DNA from: Candidatus Poribacteria bacterium
GTDB taxonomy: Bacteria; Poribacteria; WGA-4E; JAJDTR01
NCBI GenBank assembly: GCA_965232535.1
Contig: CBDDPW010000022.1
Location: 512,519 to 576,518, forward strand
Direction of reading: 5' to 3'
Length of the DNA: 64,000 bases
This document shows positions 41,601 to 52,588 of the stretch, piece by piece. The translations under genes were made by a program, and so were the position numbers. Position 1 is the first letter of the stretch. The number at the start of each line of letters is the position of its first letter. The notes below the pieces were generated by a model. It had not been told where the DNA came from. It saw nothing but the letters and a program-made list of their open reading frames with translations, and did no database searches.

Positions 41601-44504
41601 ATGGAAGCAACAAGAAGCAAAGCAGCCGAAGCTCTCGAAATTACTGATGCATTCGTTGATCGACACAATGGTCCCCGGTCAGACGACATTGAACTGATGT
41701 TGAAGAAGGTTGGTTACAGTTCCCTGGGCGCATTCATTGAAGATGTAATCCCATCTCACATCCGCCTGAACCGACCCCTAACCATTGACACCGGGTATAC
41801 CGAACACGACGCCTTGCAGAGGTTGAAGCAAATTGCCTCGCAAAATCAGGTGTATCGTTCATTCATCGGAATGGGCTATTATGATTGTATCCTTCCACCC
41901 GTAATCCAGCGAAACATCCTCGAAAACCCTGGCTGGTATACCGCGTACACACCGTATCAAGCGGAGATTTCGCAAGGGCGCCTGGAGGCCTTGTTGAATT
42001 TCCAAACGATGGTTATCGATCTTAACGGATTACCAGTCGCCAATTCCTCACTTCTGGACGAGGCGACTGCAGCGGCTGAAGCTATGGGAATGTGCCTCGC
42101 CACGACGAAACATCGGAACACGCCGACGTTTTTCATATCGGAAACTTGCCATCCTCAGACAATCGCTGTCCTCCGCACGCGAGCAGAATCAATGGGAATC
42201 AGTTTGGTTCACGGCGATCATCGTAAAGTGCAATTCGATGAACCTATTATCGGGGCAATTGTGCAATATCCTGCCAGCGATGGAGTAATTCACGACTATC
42301 ACAAATTCACGGAACAGGTTCACGAAGCCGGCGGATTGTTAGTTGTTGCGACCGATCTTCTAGCGTTGACTCTGCTCCTTCCACCGGGTGAGTTTGGCAC
42401 CGATATTGCGGTTGGATCTGCGCAGAGATTTGGGGTGCCCGTCGGGTACGGCGGTCCACACGCGGCATTCTTGGCGACAAAAGAGAAATTTAAACGCAGG
42501 GTGCCCGGGCGAATTGCCGGACTTTCGCGAGACACCGAGGGGCGAGCGGCAATCCGGCTTGCGCTTCAGACTCGAGAACAACATATCCGTAGAGAAAAAG
42601 CGACGAGTAATATCTGCACGGCGCAGGTGTTGTTAGCTGTGATAGCGGGCATGTACGCCGTTTATCACGGTCCGGCAGGGCTGCGCCGGATTGCGACGCG
42701 TATTCATGAACAGACCAGAGTTTTGCGGCGGGGTTTGGAATTATTGGGGTACACGATTGTCGACGGGGTGTTCTTTGATACCATATGTGTCGAGCTTGGT
42801 TCGACCAATTTAGAACGGCTGTTAGAAGCGGCTCGCAGAATGAAGATAAATTTCCGAGTGTTTGACCGTAGTCGTGTCGGAATTTCGCTCGATGAAGCAA
42901 CAAGGACTAAGGATGTTCAAGATTTGCTTCATGTCTTTGCGCTTGAAAGAAAACAGCCAACCGAATTTGAGAGTCTGGTTTTGGAAGGTGCCGTTCCGAC
43001 AGCGGAACTTCCGGTAGCGCTGCAGCGAAATACTCCGTATCTTTCACACCCCGTCTTTAACACCTACCATTCGGAGACGGAGATGTTGAGATACATCCAC
43101 AGACTTCAGGAGAAGGACATTTCCTTAACTCGTTCGATGATACCACTTGGCTCCTGCACGATGAAATTGAACGCGACAGCCGAAATGATTCCGGTGACTT
43201 GGAAGGAGTTTTCGCTGGTGCATCCGTTTGCATCTCGCGAGCAGGCAATCGGATACCAAACACTCTTTTCGCAACTTGAATCGTGGTTCTCCGAAATCAC
43301 AGGATTTGCCGGCATTTCATTTCAGCCTAACGCCGGATCTCAAGGAGAATATGCCGGGTTGTTAGTGATACGCAAATACCATAAGAGCCGAGGTGCAGAG
43401 AATCGAAATATCTGCTTAATCCCGACGTCTGCGCACGGGACGAATCCCGCCAGTGCCGTGATGGCGGGAATGAAAGTCGTCACAATTGATTGCGACGATG
43501 CGGGTAACATTGACCTCATTGACCTGAGAAGAAAGAGCGAGGAACACAGTCAAAATCTGGCGGCTGCCATGATTACCTACCCTTCCACACACGGTGTTTT
43601 CGAGAAGGAAATCCGGCAAATCTGCGAGGTTGTGCATCAACACGGCGGTCAGGTTTATATGGATGGCGCTAACATGAATGCCATGGTGGGCTTGTGTCGT
43701 CCAGGTGATTTTGGACCGGATGTCTGTCATCTGAACCTTCACAAGACATTCTGTATTCCACATGGCGGCGGCGGTCCCGGAATGGGGCCTATCGGAGTAA
43801 AAGAACACCTCACTCGTTTTCTCCCGACACATCCGCTTGTATCTGTGGGGGGAGAGGATGGAGTGGGAGCGATTTCGGCGTCGCCGTGGGGAAGTCCGAG
43901 TATTCTCCCAATCTCGTGGGCGTACATCGCGATGATGGGGGCGGAAGGTTTGAAGAGAGCCAGTGAGGTCGCTATTCTAAATGCCAACTATATTGCACGC
44001 TGTTTGGAACCACACTATTCAGTGCTTTACAAGGGTAGTCACGGGCTTGTTGCGCACGAATGCATTGTCGATCTTCGCGACATAAAGAAAGCAACGGGTG
44101 TCGGAGTGGGTGACATCGCGAAGCGCCTGATGGACTACGGTTTTCATGCCCCGACGGTGTCGTGGCCCGTCAATGAGACGATGATGATCGAACCCACGGA
44201 AAGCGAATCGAAACAGGAATTGGATCGGTTCTGCGAGGCGCTGATTTTAATCCGCGAAGAAATTTCCGAAATTGAAAACGGGGATGCGGATCGCTCGGAT
44301 AATGTCCTCAAGAATGCGCCTCATACCGCGTTCCACGCTACGCAATCGGAGTGGGCGCACCATTACACTCGGGAAAAAGCGGCGTTCCCCGCATCTTGGA
44401 CACGCGGAAATAAATACTGGCCACCGGTTTCGCGGGTTGATGAAGTGCAAGGAGATCGAACACTGATCTGCGCTTGTCCTCCCATTGACTCTTACGGCAG
44501 TTAA
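41601..44504 (+). CDS. gcvP: glycine dehydrogenase (decarboxylating), single-chain P protein
   Basis: ~965 aa from MEATRS (the ORF opens at 41556 and overlaps the gcvH end). PLP-lysine region ...[22 protein letters not shown]. Confidence 0.95.
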   Translation: MEATRSKAAEALEITDAFVDRHNGPRSDDIELMLKKVGYSSLGAFIEDVIPSHIRLNRPLTIDTGYTEHDALQRLKQIASQNQVYRSFIGMGYYDCILPPVIQRNILENPGWYTAYTPYQAEISQGRLEALLNFQTMVIDLNGLPVANSSLLDEATAAAEAMGMCLATTKHRNTPTFFISETCHPQTIAVLRTRAESMGISLVHGDHRKVQFDEPIIGAIVQYPASDGVIHDYHKFTEQVHEAGGLLVVATDLLALTLLLPPGEFGTDIAVGSAQRFGVPVGYGGPHAAFLATKEKFKRRVPGRIAGLSRDTEGRAAIRLALQTREQHIRREKATSNICTAQVLLAVIAGMYAVYHGPAGLRRIATRIHEQTRVLRRGLELLGYTIVDGVFFDTICVELGSTNLERLLEAARRMKINFRVFDRSRVGISLDEATRTKDVQDLLHVFALERKQPTEFESLVLEGAVPTAELPVALQRNTPYLSHPVFNTYHSETEMLRYIHRLQEKDISLTRSMIPLGSCTMKLNATAEMIPVTWKEFSLVHPFASREQAIGYQTLFSQLESWFSEITGFAGISFQPNAGSQGEYAGLLVIRKYHKSRGAENRNICLIPTSAHGTNPASAVMAGMKVVTIDCDDAGNIDLIDLRRKSEEHSQNLAAAMITYPSTHGVFEKEIRQICEVVHQHGGQVYMDGANMNAMVGLCRPGDFGPDVCHLNLHKTFCIPHGGGGPGMGPIGVKEHLTRFLPTHPLVSVGGEDGVGAISASPWGSPSILPISWAYIAMMGAEGLKRASEVAILNANYIARCLEPHYSVLYKGSHGLVAHECIVDLRDIKKATGVGVGDIAKRLMDYGFHAPTVSWPVNETMMIEPTESESKQELDRFCEALILIREEISEIENGDADRSDNVLKNAPHTAFHATQSEWAHHYTREKAAFPASWTRGNKYWPPVSRVDEVQGDRTLICACPPIDSYGS

Positions 44505-44555
44505 AGCGACGAACTCGTCATTGACGATTTACTTTTGATGTAGTCGTCTAACCAG

Positions 44556-45923
44556 ATGAAAGCAATTATAATAGGAGCCGGGGAAGTTGGCTTCCACACT
44601 GCGCGGGTGCTAACGGCCGAAAGGGACAACGATGTTGTGCTTATCGACCAGTCAGCTACGGTCTGTCAACGTGCCCAAGAACAGTTGGATCTAATTGCGC
44701 TTCAAGGATCGGGCGCGTCTCCAACCCTTCTGAAGAGGGCGGGGATTGAAGATGCGGGTTTGTTAATTGCCGTGACAAACAGTGATGAAATAAATATCCT
44801 CGCGTGCACGATTGCAGCCCAATTCCGAGTCCGAACAAAAGTCGCGCGCGTCTCCTCGCCGGAATACTTTGAAGAGCAGAGCAGCCTCCGTCCGGAAGAC
44901 CTGAAGATAGATCTTCTCATCAATCCTGAACAACTCTGTGCACAAGAATTTTATCGTCTCCTGAACACGCCTGAAACGCGTGAAATCGTCGAATTTGAGG
45001 ATGGAAAAGTTCGGTTAGTTGCCTTCCGCGTAAAATCGCCGAACCCGTTTCAGGGAAAATCCATGATTCAGCTTGGTAGGGAAGGGCTGGTTTCCAATCT
45101 GAGATTCACCGGGATTAAGCGCGTAGACGGCGCAACAGTTGTTCCTAAAGGCAACGACGTGATTTACGAAGGGGACGAGGTATTTGCAATCGGAAGTCAA
45201 GAAGCCATTGCAGTTCTGCTAGAACGTTCAGGGGTTTCCCTTGATGAAAAATTGAATCGCGTGGCTATCGCGGGAGCAGGACGAATCGGGATATATCTCG
45301 CTCAGACGCTTGAACAGGACGGCGTGAGCGTCAAGCTAATCGAAGTGGATAGAGAAAAGGCGGAGATTGCCTCAAGGACTCTGAAACGCACTACCGTTCT
45401 CCATGGGGATTACCTTAAACCCGGTTTTCTTGAGGAGGCGGGTGTCCAAGAAGTCGACGGATTCGTCTCCGTGACCGGGGATGATGAGAATGACGTTATG
45501 GCCTGTGTCACGGCAAAACAGAGCGGCGCCGCGCGTGTTCTGGCATTGGTTCAGCAACCGCGTTATCTACCCATCCTCGCAGCCATTCCCACACTTGATT
45601 CGGCGGTGAGCCGCCATTTGACCGCGGTCGGAAGCATCTTAAGCCTTGTTCGAAGAGGGCACATCGTATCGGTAGCATCACTTCGAGAAATAGACGCGGA
45701 AGTCATTGACATCGTAGCGGAAGCCGATTCCAAAATCGTTCGCAAAGATTTGATTTCACTGGGACGAAGGTTTCCTCGTGACGCACTCATTGGTGCCATT
45801 GTGCGGCGCGAAAAAGTGTTAGTACCTACGGGGAAAAGCGTTATTCAGGTGGGTGACCGCGTCATTATCTTTAGCATGCCCCACGCGATCCCAGAAATTG
45901 AGGATCTTTTTACGGCGCGGTAG
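44556..45923 (+). CDS. trkA: Trk potassium uptake system NAD-binding protein TrkA
   Basis: Two Rossmann GxGxxG regions (IIGAGEVG, IAGAGRIG), each followed by a TrkA_C domain. Confidence 0.9.
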   Translation: MKAIIIGAGEVGFHTARVLTAERDNDVVLIDQSATVCQRAQEQLDLIALQGSGASPTLLKRAGIEDAGLLIAVTNSDEINILACTIAAQFRVRTKVARVSSPEYFEEQSSLRPEDLKIDLLINPEQLCAQEFYRLLNTPETREIVEFEDGKVRLVAFRVKSPNPFQGKSMIQLGREGLVSNLRFTGIKRVDGATVVPKGNDVIYEGDEVFAIGSQEAIAVLLERSGVSLDEKLNRVAIAGAGRIGIYLAQTLEQDGVSVKLIEVDREKAEIASRTLKRTTVLHGDYLKPGFLEEAGVQEVDGFVSVTGDDENDVMACVTAKQSGAARVLALVQQPRYLPILAAIPTLDSAVSRHLTAVGSILSLVRRGHIVSVASLREIDAEVIDIVAEADSKIVRKDLISLGRRFPRDALIGAIVRREKVLVPTGKSVIQVGDRVIIFSMPHAIPEIEDLFTAR

Positions 45924-46100
45924 CTCTTTAGCAGTTGATTCCACGGTGCCCCGGACAGTGGGTTCGGTTGCCGCATGCGGCAGTATTAAGCGCTTCCGGG
46001 AATCGAGTTCTTACGCAGACAAGCACAACCCATCCCTTGTGCGATTTTAACCGTACTCCGCGATCCAATGGATCACAAATTTCCTACCCTCTAGTCAATC

Positions 46101-47597
46101 TTGAATTTTAGATTAGTTCTTTACACACTTGGCAACCTGCTGATTTTCCTCTCCGGGTCGATGCTCCTTCCTCTCGTTGTGACCTTGATTTATAGAGGGA
46201 CTAAAGGCGATACCGACCTTTGGGCATTCGTGTATTCTTTTGCGATTACATGTCTGATAGGTGTTGTCTTGCGCTTTACTACCAGGTCGAAGCAAGAACT
46301 GCGGAATAAGGAGGGAGCCGCAGTTGTCGCGTTCGGTTGGACCGCATGCGCGCTATTCGGGGCCCTCCCCTACCTCTTCCATGGCGTTTTTGGCGACATC
46401 GACGGGAATATCTTGCTTGAGTTTTCGTTCTGTTTTTTTGAATCCATGTCGGGGTTTACGACTACGGGAGCGACAGTCCTCACGCAGATTGAAGGGATTC
46501 CCGAAGGCATACTCTTTTGGCGCAGTTTTACCCACTGGCTAGGCGGGATGGGAATCGTTGTTTTGGCCGTCGCAATTCTGCCGATGCTCGGCGTCGGAGG
46601 GATGCAGTTGTTCCGTGCGGAAGCGCCGGGGCCTCAAAAAGAGCGTTTAACACCGCGAATCGCCCAGACGGCGAAATTACTCTGGGGCGTCTACGTGCTC
46701 CTTTCGGCGGTCGAGGTTTTATTGTTATGGTTAGGGGGCATGACGTGGTTCGACGCGCTTTGTCATACGTTTGGCACGATGGCGACTGGGGGGTTTTCTA
46801 CCAAAAATCTGAGCATTGGTCAGTATGACAGTGTTTATTTCGATGTAGTGATTACTATCTTTATGTTCCTCGCCGGGACCAATTTTGCTCTGCATTACCG
46901 CGCGCTGCGCGGAAACTTTAACAGTTATCTCAGAGACGCCGAATTTCGCTTTTACGGACTCATCTTCCTTCTGTGTACAGGGTTAATCGTTTGGAACACG
47001 ATGAGCATGAAAGTGGGAGAAACTGTCGTCTATGATTCGTTTGGAGACGCGCTGCGCTATGCTTCCTTTCAGGTCGGCGCCATCATTACAGGGACCGGTT
47101 ATGGAACTTATGACTTCGAATCATGGCCCGCACTTTCGCAATTTCTATTGGTGGTTCTCATGTTCTTTGGCGGGTGCGCCGGATCTACGACCGGCGGGTT
47201 GAAGCAGATACGATTTCTACTCCTAATCAAACAGGGGTATGTGGAGATAGAAAGATTTATACTCCCGTACGCGGTATTACCTGTCAAAGTGGGCGATCGA
47301 GTCGTTCCACAGGAGGTCATGACCAATGTGCTCGGATTCTTTTTTCTCTTTATCGGCATCTTCGCCATTGTGACCTGCTTAATGGCGGCGCTTGGATTGG
47401 ATCTCGTTAGCGCGGCGGCCTCGACTATTGCAACGATGGCAAACATTGGCCCGGGACTGGGCAGCGTGGGGCCTACTGACAATTACGCCCACATCCCGAC
47501 AGTCGGGAAACTCATTCTTAGCTTCTGTATGTTGCTGGGACGTTTGGAGTTATATACCGTGCTGGTTCTGTTCGCCCCCGAGCTATGGAGAAAATGA
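46101..47597 (+). CDS. trkH: Trk-type K+ transporter membrane subunit TrkH
   Basis: Multi-pass membrane protein with repeated selectivity-filter-like TTTGATV / TGGFST / GTGYGT / TNIGPG motifs. Confidence 0.9.
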   Translation: MNFRLVLYTLGNLLIFLSGSMLLPLVVTLIYRGTKGDTDLWAFVYSFAITCLIGVVLRFTTRSKQELRNKEGAAVVAFGWTACALFGALPYLFHGVFGDIDGNILLEFSFCFFESMSGFTTTGATVLTQIEGIPEGILFWRSFTHWLGGMGIVVLAVAILPMLGVGGMQLFRAEAPGPQKERLTPRIAQTAKLLWGVYVLLSAVEVLLLWLGGMTWFDALCHTFGTMATGGFSTKNLSIGQYDSVYFDVVITIFMFLAGTNFALHYRALRGNFNSYLRDAEFRFYGLIFLLCTGLIVWNTMSMKVGETVVYDSFGDALRYASFQVGAIITGTGYGTYDFESWPALSQFLLVVLMFFGGCAGSTTGGLKQIRFLLLIKQGYVEIERFILPYAVLPVKVGDRVVPQEVMTNVLGFFFLFIGIFAIVTCLMAALGLDLVSAAASTIATMANIGPGLGSVGPTDNYAHIPTVGKLILSFCMLLGRLELYTVLVLFAPELWRK

Positions 47598-47633
47598 TCC
47601 GTACGGCACATAGCGTGAAAGCATGGGATAAAT

Positions 47634-48272
47634 ATGGAAACAGATGAACTTCGTCGAGAGTACAATTCCGACGGCTTGCGAGAATCGGATGCGGCTGAAA
47701 ACCCGTTTGACCAATTTGAACTTTGGTTGCAACAGGCAGTTGACGCGAAAATCGATCTGCCGGACGCCATGACGCTCGCCACGGTGTCAAAGGATGGAAT
47801 CCCGTCGGCGAGAATAGTTCTGCTCCGGGGATTCGATGAACGCGGTTTGGTATTTTTTACGGATTACCAGAGTCAAAAAGGACAGGAACTGGATGAAAAC
47901 CCGCATGCCGCATTGGTTTTCTATTGGCGGGAGTTAGACCGGCAAATCCGGGTTTCGGGAACAGTAAACACGGTTTCGCATGAAGAATCGGAAAAATATT
48001 TCCGAAGCCGCCCTGTCGGTAGTCAGTTGGCAGCTTTGGCGTCAAACCAAGGCGAAGTCATTCCTGACCGGCAAAAATTAGAGAGTAAATACAAGCAACT
48101 GGCGGAAACCTATCGGCATAAGGAGATTCCACTTCCGTCGCACTGGGGCGGATTTCGTCTATCGCCCCACTGGTTCGAGTTCTGGCAGGGGCGCCCCAAC
48201 CGCCTGCATGATCGTCTCCGCTATACCCGGCGTTCCGATGAAGGCTGGAAAATCGAACGGCTATCACCATAG
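47634..48272 (+). CDS. pdxH: pyridoxamine 5'-phosphate oxidase
   Basis: 212 aa, ...RIVLLRGFDERGLVFFTDYQSQKG...FYWRELDRQIRVSG...HWGGFRL...EFWQGRPNRLHDR. Confidence 0.9.
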   Translation: METDELRREYNSDGLRESDAAENPFDQFELWLQQAVDAKIDLPDAMTLATVSKDGIPSARIVLLRGFDERGLVFFTDYQSQKGQELDENPHAALVFYWRELDRQIRVSGTVNTVSHEESEKYFRSRPVGSQLAALASNQGEVIPDRQKLESKYKQLAETYRHKEIPLPSHWGGFRLSPHWFEFWQGRPNRLHDRLRYTRRSDEGWKIERLSP

Positions 48273-48325
48273 AATATTTTCGTAAAGACACCAATTCAGC
48301 TCGTGTTCGAAGTCGAAAAAAGTCT

Positions 48326-48360
48326 TGACACCGTTCACAGAGTATGTGATAATATAGCCG
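48326..48360 (+). promoter_or_regulatory. candidate sigma70-type promoter upstream of the nuo operon
   Basis: TTGACA (48326-48331) followed ~18-19 nt later by TGATAATAT. It is ~310 bp upstream of nuoA. The spacing is slightly long. Confidence 0.3.
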
Positions 48361-48668
48361 CTTTTCGACTAATTGGCAGGTAGCATAGAGGACGGGTTGT
48401 TGTAACCTGTTCCCAAGAGTTGACACGGATTGTCCCACGGGTGAACCACGCGATTGGATATTGCGTGTGTCCGATGTCTTTGTCTTCTATATGGAATTAG
48501 GATTTGCCCCGTTGCAATGTATCTTCGTTCTTCGTAAATCGGATTTTGAAACTAGAAAATGGGCTGCATCTTGCCCACTTCTTTTTGGTTTGGGCATGTG
48601 AAAAATTTCACAAGCGCAACCGTCCCGGCGACATATCTTGATCTGAGCACATCGTTCAGCGCACACGA

Positions 48669-49037
48669 ATGCTAATTGATTACCTGCCTATTCTGCTGTT
48701 ATTGGTTTTTGCCATCGGGTTTGCGGCTATCAACCTCGTCCTTTCTCATCTCCTCGGTCCAAAGAAACCGACCCCATCGAAGCTTTCCGTCTACGAATCC
48801 GGCGTTCAACCTGTGGGAAACGCGCGCCAGCGATTCACCATTCGATTCGATCTCATCGCCATGCTTTTCATTATTTTTGATATTGAGGTGGTGTTTCTGT
48901 ATCCTTGGGCGATTGTATTCAAGAAATTCTCGGAGAGCAGCGGCTATTTCATTTTAATCGAGATGCTGGTTTTCATCGGCATTCTCTTTTTGGGTTACAT
49001 CTACGCGTGGAAGAAAGGTGGTTTGACATGGGATTAG
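48669..49037 (+). CDS. nuoA: NADH-quinone oxidoreductase subunit A
   Basis: 122 aa, three TM helices, conserved ...[23 protein letters not shown]. Confidence 0.9.
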   Translation: MLIDYLPILLLLVFAIGFAAINLVLSHLLGPKKPTPSKLSVYESGVQPVGNARQRFTIRFDLIAMLFIIFDIEVVFLYPWAIVFKKFSESSGYFILIEMLVFIGILFLGYIYAWKKGGLTWD

Positions 49038-49540
49038 AAAATAAATCTGACGATAATATCATCACCACCACTGTCGACAAGGTGATCAATTGGGGACGAA
49101 AAAACTCGCTCTGGCCGATGCCGTTCGGGACAGCATGTTGCGCCATTGAAATGATGGCTACGCTCGCATCGAAGTATGATCTGTCGCGCTTTGGGGCGGA
49201 AGCCATCCGATTTTCACCTCGCCAATCGGATTTGCTAATTGTTTCCGGTCGAATTTCGCTCAAAATGATGCCGGTGCTGAAGAAAATTTACGATCAGATG
49301 CCGGAACCCAAGTGGGTTATCTCAATGGGGGCGTGCGCGTCTTGTGGCGGCGTGTTTGATACGTACACGTTGATCCAGGGTGTCGATCAGTTTCTTCCCG
49401 TTGATATGTATATTCCCGGTTGCCCACCCCGCCCCGAGGATTTGATTGATGCGGTGATGCAGATTCAGCGCCAAATCGACGCGGGTGAATTGCCCAAAGG
49501 TACAATTCCCGACGCGAACAGCGCTAGTGTCGCAGGATAA
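49028..49540 (+). CDS. nuoB: NADH-quinone oxidoreductase subunit B
   Basis: Start MGLENKS (the ORF opens at 48905 and overlaps the nuoA end). N2 cluster cysteines are present (..[10 protein letters not shown].., [12 protein letters not shown]). Confidence 0.9.
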   Translation: MGLENKSDDNIITTTVDKVINWGRKNSLWPMPFGTACCAIEMMATLASKYDLSRFGAEAIRFSPRQSDLLIVSGRISLKMMPVLKKIYDQMPEPKWVISMGACASCGGVFDTYTLIQGVDQFLPVDMYIPGCPPRPEDLIDAVMQIQRQIDAGELPKGTIPDANSASVAG

Positions 49541-49546
49541 ATCATC

Positions 49547-50101
49547 ATGAGCGAAGAAGAAAAAGACACCACGAGTTCAGGAAAATCACCTGTTGTTTTT
49601 GAGAGGGTCAAGAAACAATTTCAGGATGGTGTCCTTGATCTCTCGGAGGAGTTTGACGAGTTATCGCTTGTCGTGCGCAAAGATTCTGTATACGAAATCT
49701 TGGAATTCCTCAAAAACGACGCCGAGCTCTCGTACGATTTTCTCGTTGATGTCACCGCGGTTGATTATTCTCAGATGGAGGACGTGCTGACGAAGTACGA
49801 TTATGCACGATTCATGGTGGTCTATCACCTTTACTCCTATAAAACGGGTAACCGCCTGCGTGTTAAGGCGCCGGTGCATGAAAAAGAGTTGTCGGTCCGC
49901 TCGGTAATATCACTTTGGAAGGGCGCGGCTTGGCTGGAGCGAGAGGCGTATGATATGTTTGGGATTACCTTCGAGAACCACCCGGATCTTCGACGAATTT
50001 TGATGCCGGACGATTTTGAAGGGTACCCGCTCTGCAAAGATTATCCGTTGCGCGGTCGCGGCGAACGTGAAACCTTTGATTTTGAACGTCAAAATGCCTA
50101 A
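49547..50101 (+). CDS. nuoC: NADH-quinone oxidoreductase subunit C
   Basis: 184 aa, 30-kDa subunit fold (..LWKGAAWLEREAYDMFGITFENHPDLRRIL..). Confidence 0.9.
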   Translation: MSEEEKDTTSSGKSPVVFERVKKQFQDGVLDLSEEFDELSLVVRKDSVYEILEFLKNDAELSYDFLVDVTAVDYSQMEDVLTKYDYARFMVVYHLYSYKTGNRLRVKAPVHEKELSVRSVISLWKGAAWLEREAYDMFGITFENHPDLRRILMPDDFEGYPLCKDYPLRGRGERETFDFERQNA

Positions 50102-50142
50102 CCTCAATTCAAACCGGTCTTGACGAGGGAGACAAACGAGAT

Positions 50143-51339
50143 ATGCACGCAGATATGGAACGGGTCGCGGGCGAAAAGATGATGTTGAACTTCGGTCCTC
50201 AACATCCGGCGACGCACGGCACGCTCCGGATCGTTTTGGAACTTGACGGCGAAACGGTCGTCAAAGCCACGCCTCATCTCGGCTACCTCCATACCGGTTT
50301 TGAAAAACTCGGTGAACACCTTGACTACAATCAGTACATTGTTGTCACGGACCGGATGAATTATCTCTCGCCCCTTTCCAACAACTTTGGCTACGTCCTC
50401 GCTGTTGAAAAACTGCTCGGCTTAGAAATACCCAAGCGCGGCGAGTACGTGCGGGTTATCATGGCGGAGTTGTCTCGTCTTGCCGATCATCTCATCTGGT
50501 TGGGAATGGGCGCTCTCGATCTTGGCGCTTTCACCGCGTTTCTCTACGGATTCAAAGAGCGTGAAAAACTGTACAATATCTTCGAAAAGACGACAGGAGC
50601 CCGCTTGACCACGAGCTACACCCGCGTCGGCGGTGTCTTGAGAGATTTGTATGACGGATTTGAGGAAGAAGTCAATGCGTTTCTTTCAGCGTTTCCGAAA
50701 ACGCTCAAGGAGGTGCACACGCTTCTCACACGAAATCGTATCTGGATGGATCGGACGAAGGAGGTTGGCGTTATCTCAGGCGAAGATGCCATCAGTTACG
50801 GTTTGACGGGACCTTGTCTGCGAGCCTCCGGCGTAGGACATGACCTGAGAAAGGCTGAACCCTATTCGTCTTACGAGGATTTCGATTTTGACGTGGCGGT
50901 GGGCGACAACGGAGACGTGTACGACCGCTATCTCGTTCGGATGGAGGAGATGGTGCAGAGTTGTCATATCGTTAGACAGGCGATGGACAATCTTCCCGAT
51001 GGGCCCGTCAATGTTCCGGATAACAAGATTATTCTCCCCGAGAAAAAAGACGCTTACAGTCACATCGAGGGGTTAATCCACCACTTCAAGATAATTATGG
51101 ATGGGCACGGCGTTCAGCCGCCGCGCGGTGAGATTTATTCCGCCACCGAGTCGCCGAACGGAGAACTCGGATTCTACATCGTCAGCGATGGAAGTGGCAC
51201 TGCCTATCGGATACGTATTCGTCCACCGAGTCTGCTGCAATACCAGGTGGTACCTCACATGATCGAGGGGGGCATGGTATCGGACGTCGTTGCTGTGCTG
51301 GGAAGCTTGAACGTTATTGCCGGGGAGTTGGATCGATAG
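50143..51339 (+). CDS. nuoD: NADH-quinone oxidoreductase subunit D
   Basis: 398 aa, ..FGPQHPATHGTLRI.. is the 49-kDa subunit. Confidence 0.95.
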   Translation: MHADMERVAGEKMMLNFGPQHPATHGTLRIVLELDGETVVKATPHLGYLHTGFEKLGEHLDYNQYIVVTDRMNYLSPLSNNFGYVLAVEKLLGLEIPKRGEYVRVIMAELSRLADHLIWLGMGALDLGAFTAFLYGFKEREKLYNIFEKTTGARLTTSYTRVGGVLRDLYDGFEEEVNAFLSAFPKTLKEVHTLLTRNRIWMDRTKEVGVISGEDAISYGLTGPCLRASGVGHDLRKAEPYSSYEDFDFDVAVGDNGDVYDRYLVRMEEMVQSCHIVRQAMDNLPDGPVNVPDNKIILPEKKDAYSHIEGLIHHFKIIMDGHGVQPPRGEIYSATESPNGELGFYIVSDGSGTAYRIRIRPPSLLQYQVVPHMIEGGMVSDVVAVLGSLNVIAGELDR

Positions 51340-51388
51340 ATTAGGCTGCCGCTTATGTTTAAGTTAAGATAACATTCGAGGGAGTTGT

Positions 51389-51730
51389 GTGAATCTCGGG
51401 GGCATCATACTCTTTATCAAGGATATGCAGGCTGCTATCGCGTATTACCGGGATATCATCGGCCTGCATCCGGACGAAGAGCAACCGTATTCGGCTGAGA
51501 GTTTTTTCCGCTTTGACACCGGACAGTGTAAACTCTGTCTCCACAAAGCGGGTAAGCCGAACGGCGGGAGACAGAAGATTGTCTTTCACGTTGAGAGCGT
51601 CAACGACATCCATCGAAACTTGAAGGCTAAAGGATTGCAACTGAGACCATTGAAGAACGAGGATGGGCTAGCCGTATTTGACATTAGAGACCCTGAAGGA
51701 AACCGGATTCAGTTTTGGGGGGCCTACTAG
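51389..51730 (+). CDS. VOC-family (glyoxalase/bleomycin-resistance fold) protein inserted between nuoD and nuoE
   Basis: 113 aa, GTG start, IILFIKDMQAAIAYYRDIIGL...DPEGNRIQFW is a typical VOC beta-alpha-beta-beta-beta module. Confidence 0.8.
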   Translation: MNLGGIILFIKDMQAAIAYYRDIIGLHPDEEQPYSAESFFRFDTGQCKLCLHKAGKPNGGRQKIVFHVESVNDIHRNLKAKGLQLRPLKNEDGLAVFDIRDPEGNRIQFWGAY

Positions 51731-51892
51731 CCGGTTTCATCTGTAAAATTTTTCACGTTCGCGTTGAGATTCTGTTTGAAGAATAGGTGGCAAACCAATC
51801 TTAGGTCATTTGAATTGGGATATACTCATAAATTCTATCGCACAAGTATCTCTATTGCCCTCCTTTATCGGTCGGTATCGCACCTGACAAGG

Positions 51893-51938
51893 AATGGTGG
51901 GCAGTGCCCACCCTACAGTTGTAAAAAGTCAGCTCAGG
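51893..51938. repeat. REP-B family element (AATGGTGGGCAGTGCCCACCCTACAGTTGTAAAAAGTCAGCTCAGG)
   Basis: Near-identical to 59066-59112. The core is an 8-bp perfect palindrome pair, GGTGGGCA/GTGCCCACC. Confidence 0.6.
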
Positions 51939-52051
51939 TATACCCCGGAAATCTGTACATCTTGCGAGCGTCGAATTGCATGAAGTGGGGTAAACTTAAA
52001 GGCTGCAAAAGGTTATAGTAACTTTACCTTTGGCTTAGAAGGAAATTGTAG

Positions 52052-52573
52052 ATGTCTGATGAGTTGATTCATATCGAATCACCATTTCAATTCTCAGAAT
52101 CAAACAGACAGGAAGTTGATGAACTCATCCAGCGGTATCCGGTGAAGGAAGCCGCTATGCTGCCCGTTCTCCATATCGCACAGAAGCAGGCAGGATACAT
52201 TACGCCGGGAGTCATGAGACACGTCGCAGAACTCTTGGAGGTGTCCGTGATGAAGGTCAAGGATGTGGTGACGTTCTATCCGATGTTCTTTGAGGAGCCT
52301 GTGGGCAAGTATGTGATTCGTGTTTGTTACACGCTGCCCTGCGCACTGCGCGATTGCAAATTGGTGCTGGATCATCTTAAAGAGAAACTCGGCACAGGAG
52401 TGGCTTCCGAGACGGACTTGGCGAAGGGAACAACCGATGACGGAAAATTTACCGTTCTCAAGTCGGAGTGCCTCGCGTCTTGTGATGTTGCACCGGTAAT
52501 GATGGTCAACGATGACCTATACAAAAACCTCACTCCGGAAAAAGTCGACGAAATTCTGGGCGGCCTAACGTAA
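52052..52573 (+). CDS. nuoE: NADH-quinone oxidoreductase subunit E (2Fe-2S)
   Basis: 173 aa with the thioredoxin-like [2Fe-2S] cysteines (..VCYTLPCAL..CLASCDVAP..). Confidence 0.9.
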   Translation: MSDELIHIESPFQFSESNRQEVDELIQRYPVKEAAMLPVLHIAQKQAGYITPGVMRHVAELLEVSVMKVKDVVTFYPMFFEEPVGKYVIRVCYTLPCALRDCKLVLDHLKEKLGTGVASETDLAKGTTDDGKFTVLKSECLASCDVAPVMMVNDDLYKNLTPEKVDEILGGLT

Positions 52574-52588
52574 GGTGAGGACAGAGCC

